Positions 12,257 to 22,670 of a DNA stretch of 32,000 bases are shown piece after piece; position 1 is the stretch's first letter; every line of letters begins with the position of its first letter. Source of the DNA: Fastidiosibacter lacustris (lineage in GTDB: Bacteria > Pseudomonadota > Gammaproteobacteria > Francisellales > Francisellaceae); assembly GCF_003428155.1 (NCBI RefSeq), contig NZ_QLIR01000011.1, positions 35,396 to 67,395 on the forward strand, in the 5' to 3' direction. Made by a program: the position numbers and the translations under genes. The notes under the pieces were generated by a model, which worked only from the letters and a program-made list of their open reading frames with translations, did no database searches and was not told where the DNA came from.

Positions 12257-13542
12257 TGTTAGGATTAGGGAGTAATTTAGGTGCTAAGCTTGATTACTTA
12301 CGCAAAGCAGTTGATCTTATTGATAAACGTATAGCTAAAATCATTGCTACTTCAAAGATTTATCAAACATCAGCATTGTTGCCACAAAGTGCACCAGTAA
12401 GTTGGAATATAGATTACTATAATATGGCGCTTCTTATTGAAACAACGCTTGAACCACAAGCTCTTTTATTAGGGATTAAGGCAATTGAAACAGAAATGGG
12501 GCGTGATGCACTACATGCGTTTTGGTCACCTAGAGAAATTGATATTGATATTCTGTGTTATGGAGATGTAACTTTAAGTAGTGATGCTCTTAATATTCCC
12601 CATAAGGCATTATTGGAGCGTAATTTTGCGTTAAAACCTTTGTTAGAGGTTTACCCTAATTGGCGTTATCCAAATAAAGACATAGATTTATATGAATACT
12701 TAAAAAAAATGGAAAAATTGAAGCTTGCCCCTTTTACTTTATCAGCAACTCAAATCATGGCAATTGTAAACTTATCAATAGATTCATTTTCAGCGGAAGA
12801 AGCTCAGCCACCAACTGTCGATGAATTTGCAGGTTATGTTATGAGATTGATTGAAGAAGGAGCGGAAGTCATTGATTTAGGTACAGAGAGTACTAAACCA
12901 CAGGTAAAAGCAAAAACTGCTGAGAAAAATTGGCTCATGCTTCAGCCTTATTTAATTGTCTTAGATGAGTTGATAAAATATACTGGCTTATCAGTTACAC
13001 CTAAAGTGAGCATTGATACCTACCATGCGCAAGTTGTTGAAAATGCCTTGCACTATTCATGTGTGAATATGATTAACGACGTTTATGGTATAGAAGCCCA
13101 AGCTATTGCAAATCTTATTAAAGGCGCTGATATTAAATATGTCTTTATGCACCAATTAGGCAAAGCGGCGACAAACTACCTTGACATTAATCGCGATCCT
13201 GTTTTAGAAGTTATTGAGTATGCGCAACAAAGAATCGCGGATCTTATGTCGTGGGGGATGAAAAAAGAGCAATTAATATTTGATATAGGAATTGGTTTTG
13301 GTAAGCACGATTATCAAGCACGTGCCTTACTTAAGCATGTAGATAAAATTAAATCAGCGTTAGGCGTGGAAATACTGATTGGTCATTCGCGTAAGTCATC
13401 AGTTATGCGAGTGGTTGAAGGCAAAAGCAATTTATACAAAGATATTGCAACGGCAATGATTGCTCATGAGCTTATCCAAAAAAATGTGGATTATCTTCGT
13501 GTCCATAACGTTGATTTAACGAATATGGCAAGGCAGATATAA
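12244..13542 (+). CDS. folKP: Bifunctional HPPK - dihydropteroate synthase (FolK-FolP fusion)
   Basis: N-terminal HPPK motifs: VVLGLGSNLG, WSPREIDIDIL, IPH. C-terminal pterin-binding DHPS motifs in order: IMAIVNLSIDSFS, IDLGTESTKP, VSIDTY, MINDV, FDIGIGFGK, GHSRKS, LRVHNV. Start moved to ATG 12244 (MPKVV), not TTG 12229. It overlaps the folB stop by 13 nt. Confidence 0.85.
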   Translation: MPKVVLGLGSNLGAKLDYLRKAVDLIDKRIAKIIATSKIYQTSALLPQSAPVSWNIDYYNMALLIETTLEPQALLLGIKAIETEMGRDALHAFWSPREIDIDILCYGDVTLSSDALNIPHKALLERNFALKPLLEVYPNWRYPNKDIDLYEYLKKMEKLKLAPFTLSATQIMAIVNLSIDSFSAEEAQPPTVDEFAGYVMRLIEEGAEVIDLGTESTKPQVKAKTAEKNWLMLQPYLIVLDELIKYTGLSVTPKVSIDTYHAQVVENALHYSCVNMINDVYGIEAQAIANLIKGADIKYVFMHQLGKAATNYLDINRDPVLEVIEYAQQRIADLMSWGMKKEQLIFDIGIGFGKHDYQARALLKHVDKIKSALGVEILIGHSRKSSVMRVVEGKSNLYKDIATAMIAHELIQKNVDYLRVHNVDLTNMARQI

Positions 13543-13644
13543 GGCAGTCTAGATTGGTTAAACTAGCATGTTGTTATAGCTTCAAGTTTATAATTTGCTA
13601 CAATGTGTTCATTAGTCTTCAATGAACACTGGATTTTTGTTCTT

Positions 13645-14574
13645 ATGAGCTTTGAAAAAGCATTGTCGTTGGTCAATGTCAACAAAATTTATAAAGGTGG
13701 ATTGCACGCGGTTAAAGATATTAGTTTTGATGTTTATCCAGGTGATTTTTTTGCACTTTTGGGTCCAAATGGTGCTGGTAAATCAACCACCTTAGGCATG
13801 ATTTCATCTTTGGTTAACAAAACAAGTGGCAGCATAGAAGTGTGTGGTTTTGATACGGTAAAAGATGCGTATATGGCGCGTAAACATTTGGGTGTAATGC
13901 CGCAAGAAGTTAATGTAAATGTCTTTGAAACACCTTTACAGATCCTTTTAACCCAATCAGGTTTCTTTGGTATTTCACGTAATGAAACTGTTCCTTATGC
14001 AGAAAAGCTATTAAAAGACATGGCATTATGGGATAAAAAAGACACACAAGTCCGATTTTTATCAGGCGGAATGAAGCGCAGACTTATGGTTGCTCGTGCA
14101 TTAGTTCATAAACCAAAGGTATTGATTTTAGATGAACCGACAGCAGGTGTAGATGTTGAGTTAAGGCAAATATTGTGGCAGCAGATAAAAGCTTTAAATG
14201 ACAGGGGTTTAACCATTATTCTCACTACACATTATTTAGAAGAAGCAGAAAGCATGTGTAATCGTATTGCACTTATTCATAATGGTAAGCTTCATATCAG
14301 TTCAGACATGAAAACTTTTTTGCGTTCGGTTGAAAAAGAAACTTATGTTTTTGATTTAAAGCAACCCATAAGCATGAATAAATTTAGTTGTGAATATGGT
14401 CAATTTACAGTTGTTGACCAGATGACTTTAGAAATTGAAGTAGGTAAAGATGTATCCTTGAATCAATTATTTGCAGGGTTATCCGAGCAAAATATAGAAG
14501 TGATAAGTGTTAAAAGCAAAACGAATAAATTAGAAAAATTATTTATTGATGTTGCTAGAGAAAAAGTGTGGTAG
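13645..14574 (+). CDS. ABC transporter ATP-binding protein (YadG-like, ABC-2 subfamily)
   Basis: Walker A GPNGAGKST, signature LSGGMKRR, Walker B VLILDEPTAGVD, H-loop TTHYLEE. Start moved to ATG 13645 (MSFEKAL). The ORF-track start at 13603 adds a hydrophobic non-homologous leader. Confidence 0.8.
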   Translation: MSFEKALSLVNVNKIYKGGLHAVKDISFDVYPGDFFALLGPNGAGKSTTLGMISSLVNKTSGSIEVCGFDTVKDAYMARKHLGVMPQEVNVNVFETPLQILLTQSGFFGISRNETVPYAEKLLKDMALWDKKDTQVRFLSGGMKRRLMVARALVHKPKVLILDEPTAGVDVELRQILWQQIKALNDRGLTIILTTHYLEEAESMCNRIALIHNGKLHISSDMKTFLRSVEKETYVFDLKQPISMNKFSCEYGQFTVVDQMTLEIEVGKDVSLNQLFAGLSEQNIEVISVKSKTNKLEKLFIDVAREKVW

Positions 14575-15359
14575 AGGACATGACAATTAAAGAATATTGG
14601 ACGATTTATTATACGCTTCTTAGAAAAGAAGTTGTGCGCATATTTAGAATATGGCCACAAACGATTTTACCATCTGCCATTACGATGAGTTTATATTTTT
14701 TAATATTTGGCAAAGTCGTTGGTGCACGTGTTGGAATGATGGATGGCTTTGATTATATGCAGTTTATTACTCCAGGACTTGTTATTATGGCGGTGATTAA
14801 CAACGCCTATGCAAATGTAGTTGGATCTTTTTATGGTGCGCGTTTTAGTCATTCAATCGAAGAATTACTTGTTTCTCCTGCTAATAACCATCTGATTATT
14901 TTGGGATATATTTCGGGTGGGATTGTGCGTGGTGTAATTGTTGGTGTATTGGTAAGTATTGTTGCGGCACTCTTTGGTGGAATATCATTACATTTTCATA
15001 ATCTATTATTGATTATGCTTGCCTTTTTATTGTGTGGGGCGTTATTTTCATTGGGCGGGTTGCTCAATGGGATATTTTCCCAGAGCTTTGATGATACAAC
15101 CATTTTCCCAACTTTTGTATTAACACCACTGATTTACTTAGGGGGTGTATTTTATGGTCTAAGCGTATTGCCGCCATTTTGGCAGCATATTGTTCAATAT
15201 AATCCATTGTTTTATATTGTTGATTTTGTGCGTTTTGCTTTTATTGGATATTCTTCAATGAACCCCACAATTGCTTTTGTTGCAATTATTATCTTTATCG
15301 TTGTTTTATATAGTCTTGCATGGTATTTATTATCGCGTGGTATTCGTCTGAAGTCTTAA
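14568..15359 (+). CDS. ABC-2 type transporter permease (YadH-like)
   Basis: 263 aa with about 6 predicted TM helices. Strong resemblance to E. coli YadH as I recall it (QTLVPP.ITM.LYF.IFG ... YMQFI.PGL.MM ... NAYANV ... IEELLV.P ... PTFVLTPL.YLGGVFY). The start is either GTG 14568 (overlapping the upstream stop) or ATG 14580. Confidence 0.8.
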   Translation: MVEDMTIKEYWTIYYTLLRKEVVRIFRIWPQTILPSAITMSLYFLIFGKVVGARVGMMDGFDYMQFITPGLVIMAVINNAYANVVGSFYGARFSHSIEELLVSPANNHLIILGYISGGIVRGVIVGVLVSIVAALFGGISLHFHNLLLIMLAFLLCGALFSLGGLLNGIFSQSFDDTTIFPTFVLTPLIYLGGVFYGLSVLPPFWQHIVQYNPLFYIVDFVRFAFIGYSSMNPTIAFVAIIIFIVVLYSLAWYLLSRGIRLKS

Positions 15360-15376
15360 ATTGAGTATTTTAATAA

Positions 15377-17026
15377 ATGAAAATTTCCATAGTTCAATTA
15401 AATTACGTTATTGCTGATTTTGACTATAACTTTGAAAAAATAAGTAAAGCAATATATACACATAAAGATTCAGATTTGATCGTTTTTTCTGAACTGTGTA
15501 TTACAGGTTACTATCCATATGATTTGTTAACTTATCCTGAAATTATTGATAGGCAAAATGAAGTAATTCAAAGAATTAAAGATTTAACAAAAAAATTACA
15601 GGTTGCTGTTATAATAGGTGCAGCTACAACAGTTTCAGCGCTTAAAAAGTTTCATAATAGTGCACTTGTAATTGATAAAGGTGAACTTGTATTTAGTTAT
15701 CATAAGCAATTAATTCCAAGTTATGGTGTATTTGATGAAGCACGGCATTTTATTCCAGCTAAAAATAACCCCGTATTTTCATTTAAAGGTCAAAGCATAG
15801 CACTTTTGGTATGTGAAGATATTTGGTATGACAATCATCAAGGCTATGATTATAATCCTATCGACGCTTTATCGTCGATAGGATTAGACGTCACTATTGT
15901 ATTAAATGCCTCACCATCGATGTTAGGCAAATTTCGACAACGCCAACGCATTGTGTCTAATATTGCCAATAAACTAAAGTCACCTATTATTTATAGCTCA
16001 CAAGTTGGTGGTTATGATGAGCTTGTCTATGATGGCGCAAGTTTTATTTGTAATAAAAAGGGCGAGCTTATCGCTCTAGCAAAGCATTTTGAAGAGGATG
16101 TAATTAGTGTTGACTTGGCAAATTTACCTTCTACGATATTGCCTTATCCTTATCAGAATCAGCCATATGCTTTAGTTTTAAAGCAGCTTACCTGTGGGCT
16201 TTATGATTATGTGCATAAATGTGGTTTTAAGGGTGTGGTTGTGGGCTCATCTGGTGGCATTGATAGTGCTTTGACACTTGCTATTGCAACTTTAGCATTA
16301 GGTAAAGAAAATGTAAAAGCCATTACGATGCCATCAGCTTATTCTTCAGCAGGCAGCGTTGATGACTCTGTTAAGCTATGCCACAATCTTGAAATTGAGT
16401 TATTTATCCGTGAGATCAAAGAAGAATTCTTATTAACTTGTCAGAATTTTGAAAAGGCATTTGGGCATCTACCTAAAAAACTCACCCAAGAGAATATGCA
16501 AGCACGCATTCGTGGACGCATTGTGATGGAATATTCTAATGACAGCGGATTTTTGATGCTTACAACAGGTAACAAAAGCGAGTTGGCGGTAGGTTATGCA
16601 ACCCTCTATGGAGATATGTGTGGTGCGTTGAATTGCATAGGTGATTTGTATAAACACGACGTTTATGCGTTAGCTGAATATATCAATCAATGTTATGGTG
16701 AGCTTATCCCCAAAGCGATCATTGATAAAGCCCCATCTGCGGAACTTTCAGAAGGTCAGAAAGATTCGGATAGTTTACCGGATTACTACTATTTAGATGC
16801 TATGCTTAAACTCTATTTAGAACGTGATTTATTGCAAGAAACAGAAATTAAGCATCTACAAAAAATCGTTGATAAAGTGGATATAAAAGAGCAAAAACGC
16901 ATTTATAAAATGGTGGAATTTGCTGAATTTAAACGTAAGCAAGCACCACAAATTCTGTTTATTCAACGTCGACCTTTTGGAATAGGGCGCAGAATGCCAG
17001 TAACAGCAAAATTTCAAAAGCAATAG
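15377..17026 (+). CDS. nadE: Glutamine-dependent NAD+ synthetase
   Basis: 549 aa. N-terminal CN-hydrolase domain with Glu/Lys/Cys contexts FSELCITGY, HKQLIP, LLVCEDIW. C-terminal NAD synthetase domain with PP-loop GSSGGIDSAL. Confidence 0.9.
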   Translation: MKISIVQLNYVIADFDYNFEKISKAIYTHKDSDLIVFSELCITGYYPYDLLTYPEIIDRQNEVIQRIKDLTKKLQVAVIIGAATTVSALKKFHNSALVIDKGELVFSYHKQLIPSYGVFDEARHFIPAKNNPVFSFKGQSIALLVCEDIWYDNHQGYDYNPIDALSSIGLDVTIVLNASPSMLGKFRQRQRIVSNIANKLKSPIIYSSQVGGYDELVYDGASFICNKKGELIALAKHFEEDVISVDLANLPSTILPYPYQNQPYALVLKQLTCGLYDYVHKCGFKGVVVGSSGGIDSALTLAIATLALGKENVKAITMPSAYSSAGSVDDSVKLCHNLEIELFIREIKEEFLLTCQNFEKAFGHLPKKLTQENMQARIRGRIVMEYSNDSGFLMLTTGNKSELAVGYATLYGDMCGALNCIGDLYKHDVYALAEYINQCYGELIPKAIIDKAPSAELSEGQKDSDSLPDYYYLDAMLKLYLERDLLQETEIKHLQKIVDKVDIKEQKRIYKMVEFAEFKRKQAPQILFIQRRPFGIGRRMPVTAKFQKQ

Positions 17027-17368
17027 GAGTTTTAAATGAAAAAGGTAGCTGCGTTTGTATTATCATAAAATATGTTGATCTGTTAGATGAAATTGACAAG
17101 ACCCAATCACTTAAATATTTGAAAAAAGGTTAAATGATAAAGAATACTATAAAATATCAAAATACGATGGATTGGTAAGACAAAATTATATTACTTTATT
17201 TGCGAATATCAGCATTCTTTAAATAAACTTGATAACCTTTTTACTAAAGGTTTAGAAATAACTCACAAAGATAGAAATAAAAAAGGCATCAAAATTTTAT
17301 TGTGACTGTGCTTTATCTCATTTAAGCTTGGAAGCTAAATGATATAAAGATGAAAGTTAGAAACCACT

Positions 17369-18634
17369 ATGTCAGTTGACAAACCAAAATATGCCATGTT
17401 ATTTACTCCAATTTTAAGCATGTGTATTTTAACTATTGGTAATACTTTTTATACAACTTATACCACGCTTGAATTAGAGCGTATGGGGCAGAGTAATTTT
17501 ATTGTGGGTTTGATCTCTGCTGCTTATTTTACTGGAATGGTGCTAGGTTCTTATTTTAGTCAAAAGCTTATTTTGCGAATAGGTTATATTCGAGCATATG
17601 TCCTATTTGCAACTTTGATGGGGTTAGGCGCTATCTCACAGGGTATATTCTATGACGTACCCATTTGGGGAATATCACGTTTTATTTGTGGTTATGCACT
17701 TGCTGGGCTTTTTATCGTTGTTGAAGCATGGTGCTTAGAGGGAGCAGGTAAGAGTCACAAAGGACTTGTATTGTCGATTTATTTGTTTATTTATTATTTT
17801 GTCCAAGCAAGCGGACAATTTTTATTAAATATTCCATTTAACAGCGTGTTGATGACCTTTTGTGTGATTTCCATTTTGGCATCGATATCGATTATCCCAG
17901 TGTGTTTGACACGTTTTGAAATGCCAAAACAGGAGCATCCTAATCTGCTTTCACCTGTTATCCTTTATAAAAAAGCACCACTTGGTATGTGGACAGCGCT
18001 TGTTGCCGGGATGATATTAGGGAGTATTTATACGATTTATCCATTATTTCTAAAACAAGCAAAGATTCCCATTGAAAGCATTTCGTATCTGATGTTTGCC
18101 ATTATTCTTGGTGGTATGTTGCTTCAATTACCAATTGGTAAAATATCTGATTTAGTTGATCGCAGGATTGTGCTTGTATCAATGTTGATAGGCTCGGTGT
18201 TTATTTCCATTTTGATTTGTATCTTTCATAATAATTTTTGGCAACTTGCGATTTTTTCATTTATCCTAGGTGGACTTACTTTTACTTTTTACCCTTTGTC
18301 TATTAGCTATTCTAGCGATTATTTAAGTGCCGATCAGTTGATAGGTATCGTTGGGATTTTAGCACTTTCTTATGGGATGGGATCAATGATAGGACCGCTT
18401 GGTGTGACTTGGCTTATGTCCTTGTTTGGACCGTTTGGATTTTTTATTTATGTTGGTTTTGTTTGTTTATTGCTTATGACTTACACTTTATGGCGTATAC
18501 GTGTGCGTCAAGCACCCAATAATAATGAGAAGGTTGCATTTCAAAGCATGGCTGCTGAAACTTCTGTGGCGATAGAAGTCGTTTATGAACAGCAGTTAAT
18601 GGAAGAAAAAGAAGCCCCTGCTCATAAGCAATAA
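17369..18634 (+). CDS. MFS transporter (YcaD-like), substrate unknown
   Basis: 421 aa with about 12 TM helices. N-terminal half parallels E. coli YcaD as I recall it (S..YFTG...G......RIG..R.Y ... RF..G...A...VV.E.W......... .G..L..Y...YY..Q..GQ.LL). Confidence 0.7.
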   Translation: MSVDKPKYAMLFTPILSMCILTIGNTFYTTYTTLELERMGQSNFIVGLISAAYFTGMVLGSYFSQKLILRIGYIRAYVLFATLMGLGAISQGIFYDVPIWGISRFICGYALAGLFIVVEAWCLEGAGKSHKGLVLSIYLFIYYFVQASGQFLLNIPFNSVLMTFCVISILASISIIPVCLTRFEMPKQEHPNLLSPVILYKKAPLGMWTALVAGMILGSIYTIYPLFLKQAKIPIESISYLMFAIILGGMLLQLPIGKISDLVDRRIVLVSMLIGSVFISILICIFHNNFWQLAIFSFILGGLTFTFYPLSISYSSDYLSADQLIGIVGILALSYGMGSMIGPLGVTWLMSLFGPFGFFIYVGFVCLLLMTYTLWRIRVRQAPNNNEKVAFQSMAAETSVAIEVVYEQQLMEEKEAPAHKQ

Positions 18635-18655
18635 ACTCTGCAAAATGATTTTTGA

Positions 18656-19711
<1,056 letters not shown>

Positions 19712-19758
19712 TAGATAAAAAGATCAAAGAAAATATAAAAAAATAAAAAGGTTTAAAA

Positions 19759-22140
19759 ATGAAATTCAGTCATCAATGGTTGAGCAATTATTTGGATGAA
19801 AGCCCCACAGTGAGTGTGCTTAAGGAAAAACTCACCACAGCAGGATTAGAAGTCGATTCAATTGAGGCGGTCGCACCACCTTTTAGTGGTGTTGTTGTAG
19901 CAGAAATTAAAAGTATTGAAAAACATCGAGCTGCCGATAAGTTAAATATTTGCCAAGTAGATATTGGTGAAGATGAGCTATTGACTATCGTTTGTGGAGC
20001 AGGAAATGTTTACGCCGGAATGAAAGCACCACTGGCAAAAATTGGAGCACGGTTGCCTGGTGATTTTAAAATCAAAAAAAGTGAGCTTAGAGGGCAAGAG
20101 TCTTTTGGTATGTTGTGCTCGGAAAAAGAGCTAGGCATAAGTGAAGAAAGTGAAGGTTTAATGGACTTACCTATTGACGCCCCTATTGGTATAGATATAC
20201 GCCAGTATTTACAGTTGGACGATGATGTTATAGAAGTCGACTTAACGCCAAATCGCGCCGATTGTTTAAGTGTTTATGGTATTGCTAGAGAAGTGTCAGC
20301 CTTAACAAGTTCAAAATTAATAAAATTACCAGTAGTTGAATTACAAGCAACACAAAAAGCATCTAAAACCATAATAAGCCAAGCAAGCACACTTTGTCCG
20401 CGCTATTTTGGACGAATGATTAAAAGCGTTAATACTAAAGCTACAACACCTTTGTGGATGAAAGAGCGGTTACGTCGTTCAGGTTTGCGTTCAATTTCAG
20501 TTATTGTAGATATTACCAATTACGTTCTACTTGAACTTGGTCAGCCGATGCACGCATTTGATGCTGATAAACTAACAGGTAGTGTTTATACACGTATGGC
20601 AAAAGAGGGTGAGAAGATTATTTTGCTAGATGAGACTGAGGTGACTTTAAAAAGCAATACGCTTGTTATTGCTGATGATAACAAAGTGTTGGCAATTGCA
20701 GGTGTGATGGGTGGGCTTTATTCTTCGGTGACGGAAAACAGCAAGACTATATTCTTAGAAAGTGCTTATTTTACACCAGAGGCAATCGCAGGAAAAGCGC
20801 GTCAATATGGACTTCACACCGATTCATCTCATCGATTTGAACGTGGTGTAGATCCTAATCTTTGTGCATATGCAATTGATTATGCAACTTATCTTATTCT
20901 TGATATTGCTGGTGGAGAAATAGAAGATCTAGCAGTTGCAGATCACTATGTTGATGAAAACAAAATAATAACTTTGCGTTTGAGCAAGATTAATTCTATT
21001 TTAGGGATGAATTTTGAGACAAGTTATGTTGAGCAAATACTTCAATCATTGAATATCTCTATCAATAAATTATCACAAGATGCAAATGAAACACTTTGGC
21101 AGGTAATCCCGCCAAGCTATCGTTTTGATATAGCAATTGAAGAAGACTTGATTGAAGAGGTTGGTCGTATTTATGGCTATCAAAACTTACCGATGAGTTT
21201 ACCAGAAGTATCTTTGATACAACAGCAGGTATCTGAACAGGTAGTGGCGCTTAATCGTTTAAAAATAGTTTTGGTTGATCGTGGTTATCATGAGGTAGTG
21301 AATTACAGTTTTATCGACCCTAAACTAGATGCTTTATTTTTTAACCAGGCGGGACTTACATTACAAAACCCAATTTCACAAGATATGTCAGTGATGCGCC
21401 AAGGTCTGATTCCTGGGTTAGTCAGTACTTTTAAGTTCAACTTAAACCGTCAACAGTCACGCATACGCATTTTTGAAGAAGGAGTGTGCTTTCAACCAGC
21501 TGAGCAGCTGGCACATGAATATTTGCATTTTGCAGGTCTTGCTTATGGCAATATCAATCCACTGAATTGGCAAGAAACAACTTTAGCAGACTTCTATTCT
21601 GTTAAAGCCGATGTGGAGGCGTTACTACAACTTAATAAAAAGTCGATTAATTATGTTACATGTGAAGATATCGATTGGTTGCACCCAGGTCAGTCTGCTT
21701 ATATTTACCAAAACGGCGAGCAAGTTGGTGTGATTGGTATTTTGCATCCAAATATTATGAAAGTCATGCAGATTAAGGGGAAATCACCTGTCGTATTTGA
21801 GCTGCAAACTAGCAAAATTTCAAATCGAGATATTGCTAAGTTCATGGCAATTTCAAAATATCCAGCGGTTTCACGTGACATTGCGGTGATTGTTGATCGA
21901 AATACAACAGCTCAAAGGTTAATCGATGCAGTGAATAAAGCAAATGTATCACATTTGAATCAAGTGGATTTATTTGACATCTATCAAGGCGAAAGCTTGC
22001 CTGAAGATAAGAAGAGTGTTGCTTTAAATTTAATATTTCAAGACAATACGCAAACGCTGACTGATGAAATGATGAATGAAGCAATTACTAAAATTCTTAC
22101 CTCTTTAAAAACCCATGTGGATGCGAGTTTGCGTGAATAG
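19759..22140 (+). CDS. pheT: Phenylalanine--tRNA ligase beta subunit
   Basis: 793 aa. N-terminal tRNA-binding (OB) domain, B3/B4 and B5 regions, and a C-terminal FDX-ACB-like domain (ISKYPAVSRDIAVIV). Sits immediately after pheS. Confidence 0.93.
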   Translation: MKFSHQWLSNYLDESPTVSVLKEKLTTAGLEVDSIEAVAPPFSGVVVAEIKSIEKHRAADKLNICQVDIGEDELLTIVCGAGNVYAGMKAPLAKIGARLPGDFKIKKSELRGQESFGMLCSEKELGISEESEGLMDLPIDAPIGIDIRQYLQLDDDVIEVDLTPNRADCLSVYGIAREVSALTSSKLIKLPVVELQATQKASKTIISQASTLCPRYFGRMIKSVNTKATTPLWMKERLRRSGLRSISVIVDITNYVLLELGQPMHAFDADKLTGSVYTRMAKEGEKIILLDETEVTLKSNTLVIADDNKVLAIAGVMGGLYSSVTENSKTIFLESAYFTPEAIAGKARQYGLHTDSSHRFERGVDPNLCAYAIDYATYLILDIAGGEIEDLAVADHYVDENKIITLRLSKINSILGMNFETSYVEQILQSLNISINKLSQDANETLWQVIPPSYRFDIAIEEDLIEEVGRIYGYQNLPMSLPEVSLIQQQVSEQVVALNRLKIVLVDRGYHEVVNYSFIDPKLDALFFNQAGLTLQNPISQDMSVMRQGLIPGLVSTFKFNLNRQQSRIRIFEEGVCFQPAEQLAHEYLHFAGLAYGNINPLNWQETTLADFYSVKADVEALLQLNKKSINYVTCEDIDWLHPGQSAYIYQNGEQVGVIGILHPNIMKVMQIKGKSPVVFELQTSKISNRDIAKFMAISKYPAVSRDIAVIVDRNTTAQRLIDAVNKANVSHLNQVDLFDIYQGESLPEDKKSVALNLIFQDNTQTLTDEMMNEAITKILTSLKTHVDASLRE

Positions 22141-22146
22141 GGTTAG

Positions 22147-22668
22147 TTAATAACAGTACTCAATTGCTTTGAAAATTCCCTGTATGATTTGAACAGGTGA
22201 AGGAGGGCACCCTTTGACAACTACATCCACTGGAATAATCCCTTGAATTCCTCCTTCAACCGCATAACTGTCTTTAAAAACGCCTCCACAATGCGCACAA
22301 TCACCTATAGCTAGAACTAACTTTGGATGAGGCATGGCCTCATAGGTTTTAACAAGCGCATCACGCATATTTTTGGTTATAGGACCTGTCACAAATAACA
22401 TGTCGGCATGACGGGGACTTGCAACAAATCGTATACCATAGCTCTCAAGGTTATAAAAGGGATTGTTAGTTGCATGAACTTCAAGTTCGCAGGCATTACA
22501 AGAGCCGGCATCCACCATACGAATAGCAAGTGCTTTACCAAAACGTTGAGCAATTCTTTTTTCAAGTATCTTGCCAACTATTTCTAGATCATCAATATCA
22601 TTAACTATAGGGTTTATTTTTTCACTTTTAATACCTGTTTTAAGTAACTTTTTTGTAAACTTCCACAT
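22147..22668 (-). CDS. Group-4 hydrogenase small-subunit / NuoB-like [4Fe-4S] protein of the Ehr-type complex
   Basis: 173 aa. Hydrogenase-style cluster motifs GSCNACELE, DMLFVTGPIT, AIGDCAHCGGVF and KGCPPSP give the four Cys of an N2-type cluster. GAGGA Shine-Dalgarno 9 nt upstream of the ATG. Start is 2 nt after the upstream stop. Confidence 0.85.
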   Translation of the reverse strand: MWKFTKKLLKTGIKSEKINPIVNDIDDLEIVGKILEKRIAQRFGKALAIRMVDAGSCNACELEVHATNNPFYNLESYGIRFVASPRHADMLFVTGPITKNMRDALVKTYEAMPHPKLVLAIGDCAHCGGVFKDSYAVEGGIQGIIPVDVVVKGCPPSPVQIIQGIFKAIEYCY

Positions 22669-22670
22669 GA

